From Candidatus Latescibacterota bacterium (GTDB taxonomy: Bacteria > Latescibacterota > UBA2968 > UBA8231): a DNA stretch of 64,000 nucleotides. The position numbers and the translations under genes are program-made. The notes beneath the pieces were generated by a model that was not told the DNA's origin, searched no databases, and was given only the letters and a program-made list of their open reading frames with translations. The stretch lies in contig OZ242005.1 in assembly GCA_965204725.1 (NCBI GenBank), positions 4,352,001-4,416,000 on the forward strand. Reading direction: 5' to 3'. This document shows, piece by piece, positions 1 through 9,579 of the stretch. The stretch's first letter is position 1, and each line of letters starts with the position of its first letter.

Positions 1-25
1 TCGCCGCTCGGCGTTTTAAGGAAGT

Positions 26-436
26 TTAGCGGTTCACCAGCAGTTTCTCTATCTCAGGCGGAAAACCGCGCTGTCCGTCGCGGTTGAGGCTGGTGCCGAT
101 GAGGCGGCCGTGCAGCACGTGTGCGCCATCGGCTTCTCTGAAGATGTCTTGGACAAAGCAAAAGCGCAGGCGGCTCTCCCGCTCCAAGCGCAGCTCGACC
201 GTGAAGCGGTCGCCGCTTCTGAGGGGAGCCTTGTAGTCGATTTCTGCGCGGGTGAGAACCAAGTCGTGGCCCTGATGGTGGAAGCGGGCAAAGCTGAGGC
301 CGAGGCTTTGCAAGTACTGGTGGCGGGCGTGTTCGAGGTAGTTCTGGTACACGGCGTTGTTGACGACGCCCTGAAGGTCGCATTCGTAGTCGCGCACGGA
401 TAGGGTGAGCGCGAAGTCGGGAGGCGGTGCTGGCAT
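26..436 (-). CDS. Acyl-CoA thioesterase (4HBT/YbgC/FadM hot-dog family)
   Basis: 136 aa; motif VRDYECDLQGVVNNAVYQNYLEHAR matches the 4HBT signature D..GVVNN..Y. Confidence 0.9.
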   Translation of the reverse strand: MPAPPPDFALTLSVRDYECDLQGVVNNAVYQNYLEHARHQYLQSLGLSFARFHHQGHDLVLTRAEIDYKAPLRSGDRFTVELRLERESRLRFCFVQDIFREADGAHVLHGRLIGTSLNRDGQRGFPPEIEKLLVNR

Positions 437-525
437 GTTCTATGCTCCTATGGGCAAGAGCGGCGGTGCTGCTTGTTGGATTGGGGGGACTTGGCTATTT
501 TGTGCCCGCAAAAGGAGGGCGAGCG

Positions 526-1488
526 ATGTTAAAAATATCCGTCTGGCACGGCGATTTGTCGGAATCATACCTGCGCTACGTCACCCAACTCGGGGTTGAC
601 TGTTTGGACTTTGGCTCGGGCGACTACTTCCCCGGGGTCAAAGAGCAGGGTTATCCCGACTTGGACGCCGTGATAAAGATAAGAAAAAAGATCCGCGCTT
701 GGGGCCTAGACATCAACCGCGTGACCCTACCGGACATAACCGAAAAGTTCATGTCCGGGCAGGACGAGGGCGAGAAGGAGCTGGAAAACACGGCCGCTGC
801 GTTGGAGGTCTTTGCCGAGGCCGGCGCACCCATTGCGCGGCAGCGATTCCACGGCGATGTGTTCCCTTGGATGCTCCACCGCTGGAACTCGCCCCGCCGC
901 GGTGGCTATCACTACCGGGCCGAGAGCCGCGGCTTGGCCTCAAGCGATCAAGGCCCGCCCGCGCCCGAGGCACTCGACACGTGGTGGACGCGCTTTTGCG
1001 CGGTGTACGAGCGCTTGGTGCCCATTGCCGAAGATCGCGACATCAAGTTGGCGATCCATCCTTCGGACTCGCCGCTGCCGGATACGCCGCTGGGCGGCTT
1101 GGGCTTTCACAAGGTCATCGACGCCTTTCCCAGCCGCCAAGTTGGGTATCTCTACTGCTGCGGCACCCGCGCCGAGGCTGGGGGCTTGCCCTTAGTGCTC
1201 GACGAGGTCCACAACTACGGGCGCAAGGGCCGGATCTTCATGGTGCATTTGCGCAATGTGCGCGGGAGTTTGGCCACGGCCGGAGGATTTGAGGAGACCC
1301 TGCTCGACGACGGCGACATGAACATGGCCAAAATTCTGCTGGAACTGGAGCGGGTGGGTTTCGACGGGTGTATCAATCCCGACCACATTCCGGCCTTAGA
1401 AGGGGACGAAGGGGCACTGACGCGGGGGTTGGCCTATTCGGTGGGGTACATCAAGGCGTTGTTTGCCGCGTTGGCGGCGATCAAATAG
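526..1488 (+). CDS. Mannonate dehydratase (UxuA)-like TIM-barrel protein
   Basis: RBS AAGGAGG 512-518 before ATG 526; motifs LAIHPSD, VHLRNVRG, FEETLLDDGDMNM, INPDHIP, GLAYSVGYIKAL. Confidence 0.8.
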   Translation: MLKISVWHGDLSESYLRYVTQLGVDCLDFGSGDYFPGVKEQGYPDLDAVIKIRKKIRAWGLDINRVTLPDITEKFMSGQDEGEKELENTAAALEVFAEAGAPIARQRFHGDVFPWMLHRWNSPRRGGYHYRAESRGLASSDQGPPAPEALDTWWTRFCAVYERLVPIAEDRDIKLAIHPSDSPLPDTPLGGLGFHKVIDAFPSRQVGYLYCCGTRAEAGGLPLVLDEVHNYGRKGRIFMVHLRNVRGSLATAGGFEETLLDDGDMNMAKILLELERVGFDGCINPDHIPALEGDEGALTRGLAYSVGYIKALFAALAAIK

Positions 1489-1492
1489 CAGA

Positions 1493-2692
1493 ATGAAGCC
1501 GACTAACAAGAAGATCGCGGCGATCATCACGGAATACCGCCCTAGATCGCACGCCGACGTGATCGTCTCCAAATTCCTCAAGGGATTTCCCACGGACGAG
1601 GGCTTGTTCGCGCCGAGGGTTGAGGTCGCGTCTATGTACATTGACCAGTTCCCCGAAAACGACATCGGGCGGGCGATGGCCCAAGAACACGGGGTGCCGA
1701 TTTTTAACAGCATCTCGGCGGCCCTGTGTCTGGGCGGGCGGGAGCTAGCGGTGGGTGGGGTGTTGTCCATTGGCGAGCACGGGGACTACGCTTGGAACGA
1801 GAAGGAGCAACAGCTCTATCCGCGACGCTACTTCATGGAGCAAATCTGCGGGGTGATGGCGACGTCGAAGCGGGGGGTGCCGGTGTTCAACGACAAGCAC
1901 TTGTCCTATAGCTGGACCGACGCGCTGTGGATGTACCAACGGGCGCAGGCGGTGGGGGCGGCGTTTATGGGCGGGTCTTCGCTGCCGGTGTGTTGGCGGC
2001 AGCCTTGGGTCGAGCACGAGCTGGAAACTCCGGTGGAGGAGGCCGTGGCAATCGGGTTTTCCGGGCTAGATATCTACGGGTTCCACACCCTTGAAGTGCT
2101 CCAGTGCATGGTTGAGCGGCGGCGCGGCGGCGAGACCGGGGTGGCCGCGGTGACCTGTTTGGAGGGAGCGGCTGTGTGGCGGGCCGCCGAGGCGGGATTA
2201 TGGTCGCGGGATTTAGCAGAGGCCGCCTGTGCGGCGATTGCCGACAAGCCCGCAGGGACGATGGAGGAACACTGCCAAAATCCAGCACTTTTTGTGGTGG
2301 AATACCGCGACGGGCTGCGGGGGGCCGTGTTGCTGCTCAACGGCTACATCCACGACTTGGCATACGCGACGCGGGTTGGCGGGCAGGTACAAGCCTGCGA
2401 GTTCTACGCCCAAGGGCACGGCGGGCCGGAAGGGGCATACTCTCATTTCAGCTATCTGTCGCTCAACGTCGAAGAGATGTTCCTGAGCGGCGAGGCCCAG
2501 TATCCGGTCGAGCGCACCCTGCTGACCAGCGGCATCCTCGAAGCGGCCCTGACGTCGCGCTATGAGGGCCACAAGCGGCTGGAGACGCCGGAGTTGGCCG
2601 TGAAATACCAGTCCTACGATACGTTCAGATGGCGACCCACCGGGCCGAGACCAACCGGAGCTTGCCTAGACCCGTGGCCGCCAAGCACGTGA
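1493..2692 (+). CDS. Uncharacterised conserved protein, Gfo/Idh/MocA-like oxidoreductase architecture; paralog of 27923..29101
   Basis: ATG 5 nt after the upstream stop; motifs SHADVI, IGEHGDY, VFNDKHLS, MGGSSLP, YGFHTLE, YPVERTLLTSG shared with the paralog. Confidence 0.65.
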   Translation: MKPTNKKIAAIITEYRPRSHADVIVSKFLKGFPTDEGLFAPRVEVASMYIDQFPENDIGRAMAQEHGVPIFNSISAALCLGGRELAVGGVLSIGEHGDYAWNEKEQQLYPRRYFMEQICGVMATSKRGVPVFNDKHLSYSWTDALWMYQRAQAVGAAFMGGSSLPVCWRQPWVEHELETPVEEAVAIGFSGLDIYGFHTLEVLQCMVERRRGGETGVAAVTCLEGAAVWRAAEAGLWSRDLAEAACAAIADKPAGTMEEHCQNPALFVVEYRDGLRGAVLLLNGYIHDLAYATRVGGQVQACEFYAQGHGGPEGAYSHFSYLSLNVEEMFLSGEAQYPVERTLLTSGILEAALTSRYEGHKRLETPELAVKYQSYDTFRWRPTGPRPTGACLDPWPPST

Positions 2693-2711
2693 ACACGAAA
2701 GGAGGTTCTTG

Positions 2712-4241
2712 ATGCCTACGTTCCAAGATACTCTACAGCTAGCCCATCGAGTCTTTGAAGAAACGAGCGGGCCAGCGTGCCATACCCTAGCCCAACTGGG
2801 CTTTGATCAGCCCTATCAAGCCTTGCGGCGGCTGGATCTGTTGGTCGATCTGGCCGGACCAGCCTATGCCTTAGATCCTCCGGTGTCGCTGCTGGCGGCG
2901 GTGAGCCGATCCGTCCAGCCCGACCAAGCGCTGCGGCGGTTGGAGCGATTCCTAGAAAGAACGGGCGGGATAACGGCACTACATCACCGGACCAACGACG
3001 TCCCCACCTTGGGGCAGCAGTTGGCGCAAGTCTTGGGCTACAGCGGCTTTTTGACCGATGTACTGATGCGCACCCCGGCGTACCTCTACTGGCTGCTCGA
3101 CGAGACGCCCTACCTGAGCCAGTCGCTGGCCCTGTCCGCCCTGCGCCGCACCCTAATCGAAGAGACGGACAGCGACGATCCCCTAACGGACTTGTACCGA
3201 TTCCAGCAGCGCGAGTTGCTGCGGTTGGGCGCGGCCCAAGTGCTGGGCGTGAAAGACGTACGGCAGGTTGGCCGCGAACTGGCCGACCTAGCCGACGGGA
3301 TCGTAGATCAAGCCCTAACGTGGGCGTGGGAAGAGCTGGTGTCGCGCTGGGGCCGGCCGATGGGCCAGCACGGCCGACCGGCCAAGTTTTGCGTGGTGGG
3401 CTTGGGCAAGTACGGCGGCCAAGAGCTCAACTACAGCTCGGATGTCGATTTACTGTTCATCTACGACGAAGAAGGCGAAACGCGCGCGCCGCGCGGCGGC
3501 TATTCGGTCGATAACGGCCAGTTTTTCCGGCGCTTGGGCGAGCGGCTCATCCAGTTGTTGACCGCGATGACCGAGGAGGGATTCTTTTATCGCGTTGACA
3601 TGCGGCTGCGGCCCGACGGAGGCGATGGGGCCTTAGTGCGGCCCTTGGACAGCTACTTGAGTTACTACGAGGAACGGGGCGAGTTGTGGGAGCGCCAGAT
3701 GTTGATTAAGGCCCGGCGCGCCGCTGGCTCAACCCAAGTATGGCGAAACTTTCGCCAAATGCTGGTCCCTTTTGTCTTTCCGAGCCATTTCACGGAAGAC
3801 CCGCGCCAAGAGATTGCCCGCATCAAGCAACGCATCGAAGACGAAATATCGATTCGGGCCGGCGACAACAACATTAAGCTACAGCCCGGGGGCATCCGCG
3901 ACATCGAGTTCATCGTCCAGTGCCTACAGCTGCTCAACGGCCATACTCATCCCCAAATCCGCACCCACAATACCCTGACGACGATTGATCGCCTGCGCCG
4001 GGCCGGCCTGCTCGCGCCAGCGGACGCCCAGACCCTAACGGACGCCTACCGCTTTTTGCGCCAGCTAGAAAACTTGCTGCAAATTCAGGAGGCCCAGCCG
4101 GTGTACGCGGTGCCCGAAGAGGCGGATACCCGCCAGATCCTAGGCGAATTGATGGAACTGGACGAGCCGCTAGAGGCGGCCTTGGATCGGCATCTCAAAG
4201 GCGTCCGGCGGCTGTTTGATGCCGTGGTTGGTGGCCAATGA
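2712..4241 (+). CDS. glnE: GlnE-like protein with only one nucleotidyltransferase module (resembles the N-terminal adenylyl-removase half)
   Basis: RBS AAGGAGG 2699-2705; GKYGGQELNYSSDVDLLF, FYRVDMRLRPDG, WERQMLIKAR, NIKLQPGGIRDIEF; about 510 aa versus about 950 aa for canonical GlnE. Confidence 0.8.
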   Translation: MPTFQDTLQLAHRVFEETSGPACHTLAQLGFDQPYQALRRLDLLVDLAGPAYALDPPVSLLAAVSRSVQPDQALRRLERFLERTGGITALHHRTNDVPTLGQQLAQVLGYSGFLTDVLMRTPAYLYWLLDETPYLSQSLALSALRRTLIEETDSDDPLTDLYRFQQRELLRLGAAQVLGVKDVRQVGRELADLADGIVDQALTWAWEELVSRWGRPMGQHGRPAKFCVVGLGKYGGQELNYSSDVDLLFIYDEEGETRAPRGGYSVDNGQFFRRLGERLIQLLTAMTEEGFFYRVDMRLRPDGGDGALVRPLDSYLSYYEERGELWERQMLIKARRAAGSTQVWRNFRQMLVPFVFPSHFTEDPRQEIARIKQRIEDEISIRAGDNNIKLQPGGIRDIEFIVQCLQLLNGHTHPQIRTHNTLTTIDRLRRAGLLAPADAQTLTDAYRFLRQLENLLQIQEAQPVYAVPEEADTRQILGELMELDEPLEAALDRHLKGVRRLFDAVVGGQ

Positions 4242-4308
4242 TCAGGCCCTATCCGGCCCCGGGCGCGGAATGGGGCCAACCAAATAACCACTTCCAAGGA
4301 GAGCTACC

Positions 4309-5346
4309 ATGATGCAACGTCTCGCCACGATGGTGCTGGCTTTAGTGGCCAGCACGGCCTTCGCCCAAGAGCCGACGGGCGATCCGTCGATTATATCCGC
4401 AGGGGCCAAGCTCGAAGTGCTCTTCGACGGTGCCTTCTTTTCCGAAGGGCCGGCCGTGGCCCTAGACGGCTCGGTTTACTTCAGCGACATTACCTTTTCT
4501 CAGGATTCGGGGATGCAGGCCGGGCATATCTGGCGCTACGATCCCAAGACCGGCCAGACCGCGATCTACCGCTCGCCCAGCGGCATGTCCAACGGCCTCA
4601 AATTCGACGCCATGGGGCGGCTAATCGCCGCTGAGGGTGCTGACTTTGGGGGGCAGCGCGTGACGCGCACAGACTTGGCCACCGGCAAGGCCGAGATCAT
4701 CGCGGGACTGTACGAAGGGCGGCCCTTTAATGCTCCCAACGACATTTCCATCGACGAAAAGGGCCGCATCTACTTCAGCGACCCGCGCTACCTCGGACAC
4801 GAGCCGCTCGACCAGCCGGTGATGGCGGTGTACCGGCTCGACCCAGACGGCACTATCGAGCGGATCATCACCGACGCCGGCAAGCCCAACGGCGTTTGCG
4901 TGTCCCCGGACCAACAGTCGCTCTACGTGGTCAGCAACGACAACGGCAATACCGGGATCTTCCGCTTGGAAGGCATGCCCGCGCACAAGGGCCGAATGGC
5001 TCTGTTGGCGTACGACCTGCATCCCGACGGCACGGCGACCTTCCGCGAGGTGCTAGTCGATTACTATCCAGAAGACGGGCCGGACGGCTTAGTCGCCGAC
5101 GTGGACGGCAACCTGTACGTGGCGGTGCGGGATGTGACGCGCCCGGGCATTGTCGTGTATTCGCCGCAGGGCGAGGAACGAGCCTATATCCCCACGCCCG
5201 AAGTCCCGACCAATGTGGCGTTTGGCCGCGGCGCGGAGAGCAAGACGCTCTACGTCACCTACGGAGGGGGCGACCCGCCCGACAATCCGGGCATCTTGGC
5301 CGAGATAAAGGTCGGCAAGGACGGATACCACCTGCCGGCTCCGTGA
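4309..5346 (+). CDS. SMP-30/gluconolactonase/LRE family protein, secreted
   Basis: Signal peptide (ASTAFA/Q); SEGPA, SNGL, FNAPND, KPNG, GPDGL, PTNVAFG motifs. Confidence 0.9.
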   Translation: MMQRLATMVLALVASTAFAQEPTGDPSIISAGAKLEVLFDGAFFSEGPAVALDGSVYFSDITFSQDSGMQAGHIWRYDPKTGQTAIYRSPSGMSNGLKFDAMGRLIAAEGADFGGQRVTRTDLATGKAEIIAGLYEGRPFNAPNDISIDEKGRIYFSDPRYLGHEPLDQPVMAVYRLDPDGTIERIITDAGKPNGVCVSPDQQSLYVVSNDNGNTGIFRLEGMPAHKGRMALLAYDLHPDGTATFREVLVDYYPEDGPDGLVADVDGNLYVAVRDVTRPGIVVYSPQGEERAYIPTPEVPTNVAFGRGAESKTLYVTYGGGDPPDNPGILAEIKVGKDGYHLPAP

Positions 5347-5350
5347 TGCG

Positions 5351-7060
5351 ATGACCTCTTTAGACTGGGCCATCGTCTTGGTGCTCAACGGTGGCATCGT
5401 CGCCTATAGCCTGATTGCCTTCCGCAACAAGGGGGAGAGTTTCGACTGGTACCTCGCGGCCAAGTCCATGCCTTGGTGGGTGATCGGGCTATCGGCGTTT
5501 GGCACGGCCGTCGATAGCGGCGATTACGTCGGCATTGTCGGCGGGTCGTATAAGCTGGGGCTGTCGCAACTGGCGCAGTGGTGGCTGGGCATTGCCGTGG
5601 GCTGGACCGTACTCAGCTTCTTCGTCATCGTGCCGATGTATCGCTCTGGGGTTTTTACCAACGCCGAGTGGCTGGAGTTCCGCTTTGGGCCAGCGACCCG
5701 CGTGCTAGCGGTCTTGATCAACGTCCAATCGCGTACCAACGTGCTGGGCAACATCTTCTTTTCCATGTTCCTAGTCCTCAATGTCGTCGCTGGAATCGAG
5801 GAGACGACTTGCTGGTTGGTGGTGGTCGGCGTGGTGCTCAGCTCGGCGCTCTACATCGTGCGCGGCGGCTTGCGCGCCGGGGTGTTGACCGACGCGCTCC
5901 AAAGCACGGCGATGATCGTGGCCTCTTTCGTGCTCTGGGGATTCGTCTATTCGGGGCTGGGCGGCTGGGATGGGGTGACGGCGCGGCTGGAGGCCGTGGA
6001 AGAAGGGCTGGCGGATACGCTGCTGCACGTGGGGGGCTATTCGCCCCCTGGGGTGCCCTCTTTCATGGTGGTATTCGGCTTTTTAGTGGTGCTGACCACG
6101 TACGCGGTCATCAATCAGTACGAGGCTCTCCGCTTCCTCTGCGCCCGCTCGGAGTGGGACTTCAAAATGGCCGCGCTGGTCGCCAGCATCGCCACGGCGA
6201 TATGCCTGTTCTTCAACGTCAGCTTGGGGCCGATGGCGCGGGCGCAGTTTCCCGGCCTAGAAATCGTTGACCAAGCCTATCCACTGATGATCAAAGAGTA
6301 CCTGCCCGCCGGGTTGGTCGGGCTGGTGGTCGCCGGGCTGGTGGCGGCTGGGTACTCGACCTTTGACTCCATTAGCATTGGCATTTCCTCGCTCTTTGTG
6401 CGCAATGTGTACGCACGCACTATAGTCAAGGACGCCACGGATGCACACTACACCAAGGTAGGACGGATCTTGGTGCCATTCATTCTGGCGATGGGCTTTG
6501 TCTATGTGCCCTTTTTGGGCGAGAAGGGGATGCTGCTGTTTTACCTGCGGCTGACTGGGGCCACTGCCGTGCCGCTGATGACGGTCATTCTGATGGGGGT
6601 TTTCACGCGAGTACACCGCAAGACCGGGATCGTCGGCTTGCTGGTGGGGCTTGGCTACGGGATGTCGGCGATCTTGGCCGACTTCAACGAGTGGCCGCTG
6701 CCGGTGTGGTACCACAACACGTGGTGGACCTACCTGTGGAACTTGGTGCTGCCCGCGGCGAGCATGCTCATCGCCTCCAAGCTGATCGACCGGCGACGCG
6801 GTCCGGTGCGCGACGAGGAATTGCGCGGGTTACTGTACGTCCGCCACGAGGACCCGGCTGCCTTGCGCCCGCTAATGGCCCGGCGGATCGTGGAACTCGA
6901 AGGCACTTGGTTGCAGAAAACCCTGATGGAAGCACCCATCCGGCCGGAGTATCCGTTTGCGGTCGGTGAGGATGGTCCTAAGTGGTATTTGCGACCGGGA
7001 GTGTGGATGGGAGTCTATTTGGCCGTGGCGAGCGTGCTACTTTTTGTGGTGTTGTGGTAG
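5351..7060 (+). CDS. Sodium:solute symporter (SSS) family transporter
   Basis: 569 aa with many TM segments; WYLAAKSMPWWVIGLS, GGLRAGVLTDALQ, LPAGLVGLVVAGLVAA. Confidence 0.9.
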   Translation: MTSLDWAIVLVLNGGIVAYSLIAFRNKGESFDWYLAAKSMPWWVIGLSAFGTAVDSGDYVGIVGGSYKLGLSQLAQWWLGIAVGWTVLSFFVIVPMYRSGVFTNAEWLEFRFGPATRVLAVLINVQSRTNVLGNIFFSMFLVLNVVAGIEETTCWLVVVGVVLSSALYIVRGGLRAGVLTDALQSTAMIVASFVLWGFVYSGLGGWDGVTARLEAVEEGLADTLLHVGGYSPPGVPSFMVVFGFLVVLTTYAVINQYEALRFLCARSEWDFKMAALVASIATAICLFFNVSLGPMARAQFPGLEIVDQAYPLMIKEYLPAGLVGLVVAGLVAAGYSTFDSISIGISSLFVRNVYARTIVKDATDAHYTKVGRILVPFILAMGFVYVPFLGEKGMLLFYLRLTGATAVPLMTVILMGVFTRVHRKTGIVGLLVGLGYGMSAILADFNEWPLPVWYHNTWWTYLWNLVLPAASMLIASKLIDRRRGPVRDEELRGLLYVRHEDPAALRPLMARRIVELEGTWLQKTLMEAPIRPEYPFAVGEDGPKWYLRPGVWMGVYLAVASVLLFVVLW

Positions 7061-7128
7061 GTCAGACGAACTCAGATACCTTCGTACGCGACACGTACGT
7101 TGAGTCCGCCCTTTCTGGTGTTGCCGCT

Positions 7129-7166
7129 GCGTCCCGCCCTCGACGAGGGCAAGATGCCCTCGATCC
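7129..7166. repeat. REP-like palindromic element (partial)
   Basis: GCGTCCCGCCCTCG-A-CGAGGGCAAGATGCCCTCGATCC; GCCCTCG/CGAGGGC hairpin and a second GCCCTCGA copy, intergenic. Confidence 0.35.
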
Positions 7167-7217
7167 TTGGAAGGTTGGCCGCTGGTGTCGTGTAGTAATC
7201 GCGAGAGGAGCTAAACG

Positions 7218-9566
7218 ATGGTCCATGCCGGAGAATTGACTGCGGTCGAGCGCAGGGCCGTCGCGGCCTCGCCTTTTGCGGCACACTACCCTCCGACCGA
7301 ACGCATCAAGACCATTGTGGTCGAGCACTTCCCGGCCCTCGGCAAGCTAGCGGCCATGCGCTTTGTCGAGTGGGTCCAAGACCATCCCGGCGGCGTGGTC
7401 TCGCTGCCGACAGGTAAGACGCCCGAGCACTTTATCCGCTGGGTCGAGCGGCTGCTGAGGCATTGGGACGCGGCCGACATTCGTCGCCAACTCGAAGAGG
7501 CCGGCGTTGATCCCCAGCGCAAGCCGGACCTGCGCAGCCTGCACTTTGTGCAAATCGACGAATTTTACCCGATTGACCCTCGGCAGGACAACAGTTTCTA
7601 CGCCTATGTAAACCGCTTCTACATCGAGGGCTTTGGCTTGGACCCGGCTAGGGCTATGCGAATTAACTGCGCTGAGATCGGCTTGCGAGACGGCCAAACC
7701 TTAAACGAGGTGTGGCCAGACGGCACCGTGGATCTCTCGCTGCGCTATCGGGCCGCCCGCACCTCGCTTGAGCGCGTCCAGCAGGACGCATTGCGGCGGA
7801 TTGACCAGTGGTGCCAAGAGTACGAGGAGCAAATCCGCGCCCTCGGGGGCATTGGTTTTTTCTTAGGCGGCATTGGCCCGGACGGGCACATTGGCTTTAA
7901 CGTGCGCGGCTCGGACCATTTTTCGACGACTAGGCTGACGGGGATCAACTACGAAACGCAGGCCGCGGCCGCCAGCGACTTGGGCGGCATTGAGGTGGCG
8001 CGCAAGCGGCTGGTCATCACCATCGGCCTAGGCACGATCGTTGGCAATACCGACTGCTGTGCCCTGATCATCGTCGCCGGCGAGACCAAGGCCGGTATTG
8101 TCGCCGCCGCGGTCGAGCAGGCTCCCGACGTGCGCTATCCGGCCACGGCACTGCATCGCTTACCCAAGGCGCGGTTCTACGTCACCCAAGGAGCGGCCAA
8201 GAAGCTCAGGGCTAGGCGGCTCGTGCTCGTGCAGCAACGGGCCGCCATGGACGACGAGATGGTGGAGAAGATCGTCATCGACTTAGCCTGTAGCTTGGGC
8301 AAAAAGGTCGTCGATCTGACCGCGGAGGACCTAGCGCGGGATGCGTTGGGCGCGGTGCTTTTGCAGCAGCACACCCAACAGGTCGATGCCTTGACGCGCA
8401 GGGTGCGCGACCGCTTGGTCGGCAAGATCGAGCGGGGCGCTCAGACCCTTTCCGGGACGCGCTTCCTACACACGGAGCCGCACCACGACGACCTAATGCT
8501 GGGCTACCTGTCTTATATCGTCCGCCATGTGCGCGACGCGACCAATGTGCATTATTTCGCCTGCTTTACCGGCGGTTTTACGGCGGTGACCAACCGCTTT
8601 ATCGAGGCTCACTTGCAACGGCTGCGGCACTTTTTGCCCACCCCTGAGTGCGCTGCGCTGTGGGCGCAAGGCTACTTTGACCCCAGTCTTGAAAACGGCC
8701 GCAACCGCGATGTCTGGCAGTACCTCGACGGGATCGCCGCGGCGGACCCGCTCGTGTGCGACGAGGGGACGGCCCGGCGCTTTTTGCGGAATCTCGTCGC
8801 GCTGTACGGAGTTGAGGATCTCGACGGTATTGAGGCCCGGTTGACGGAACTGGAGGCTTACTTCGCCAGTCGCTATCCGGGGCAAAAGGATGCGCCCGAG
8901 GTCCAGATGCTCAAAGGCAAATGTCGCGAGTGGGAAGCCGAGTGTCTTTGGGGGTATTTTGGCTGGGACTGCGCCAGCGTCAAACACCTGAGCCTCGGCT
9001 TTTACACCGGCGACATCTTCACGCAAGAGCCAACGCTCGAAGGCGATGTACCGCCCGTCCTCGCGCTCCTCAACCAAGTAGAGCCCGACGTGGTCGGCGT
9101 AGCCCTAGACCCAGAGGCCAGCGGGCCGGACACTCACTACAAGGTGCTACAAGTGATCTCTGAGGCCCTCCGCCGCTACGAGCGGCAAAGCGGACGCTCT
9201 GGTATCAAGGTCTGGGGCTACCGCAACGTGTGGTATCGCTTTGACCCGAGCGAGGCCAATATCTTCGTGCCGGTTTCGCTCAATATGTTCTCGGTCATGC
9301 ACAGTGCTTTTATGAATACCTTTATCTCCCAGCGCGACGCCTCGTTCCCCAGTTACGAGCACGACGGCCCCTTCTCCGAACTGGCGCAGCAGGTACAGGT
9401 CAATCAGTACCAGAAGCTCAAAACCTGCCTCGGCCACAAGTGGTTCCACGAACACCCCAGCCCCCTAATCCGCGCCACGCGGGGACTCGTCTTCCTCAAG
9501 GAAATGGACTTAGCCGAATTCTATGAACGCAGTCGAGCACTTAAACAAGCGGCTGAAAACCGCTGA
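7218..9566 (+). CDS. nagB: Glucosamine-6-phosphate deaminase fused to a PIG-L/LmbE-like domain (long NagB)
   Basis: SLPTGKTP, QIDEFYP, GGIGPDGHIGFN in the N-half; HTEPHHDD and PDTH metal-site-like motifs in the C-half; 782 aa. Confidence 0.8.
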   Translation: MVHAGELTAVERRAVAASPFAAHYPPTERIKTIVVEHFPALGKLAAMRFVEWVQDHPGGVVSLPTGKTPEHFIRWVERLLRHWDAADIRRQLEEAGVDPQRKPDLRSLHFVQIDEFYPIDPRQDNSFYAYVNRFYIEGFGLDPARAMRINCAEIGLRDGQTLNEVWPDGTVDLSLRYRAARTSLERVQQDALRRIDQWCQEYEEQIRALGGIGFFLGGIGPDGHIGFNVRGSDHFSTTRLTGINYETQAAAASDLGGIEVARKRLVITIGLGTIVGNTDCCALIIVAGETKAGIVAAAVEQAPDVRYPATALHRLPKARFYVTQGAAKKLRARRLVLVQQRAAMDDEMVEKIVIDLACSLGKKVVDLTAEDLARDALGAVLLQQHTQQVDALTRRVRDRLVGKIERGAQTLSGTRFLHTEPHHDDLMLGYLSYIVRHVRDATNVHYFACFTGGFTAVTNRFIEAHLQRLRHFLPTPECAALWAQGYFDPSLENGRNRDVWQYLDGIAAADPLVCDEGTARRFLRNLVALYGVEDLDGIEARLTELEAYFASRYPGQKDAPEVQMLKGKCREWEAECLWGYFGWDCASVKHLSLGFYTGDIFTQEPTLEGDVPPVLALLNQVEPDVVGVALDPEASGPDTHYKVLQVISEALRRYERQSGRSGIKVWGYRNVWYRFDPSEANIFVPVSLNMFSVMHSAFMNTFISQRDASFPSYEHDGPFSELAQQVQVNQYQKLKTCLGHKWFHEHPSPLIRATRGLVFLKEMDLAEFYERSRALKQAAENR

Positions 9567-9579
9567 GAAAGGACCAACA

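Noticed and set aside
7100-7217. glmS ribozyme upstream of nagB (GACGAGG present)
   Set aside because: The AGCGCC core and pseudoknot layout are absent; a REP-like hairpin explains it better
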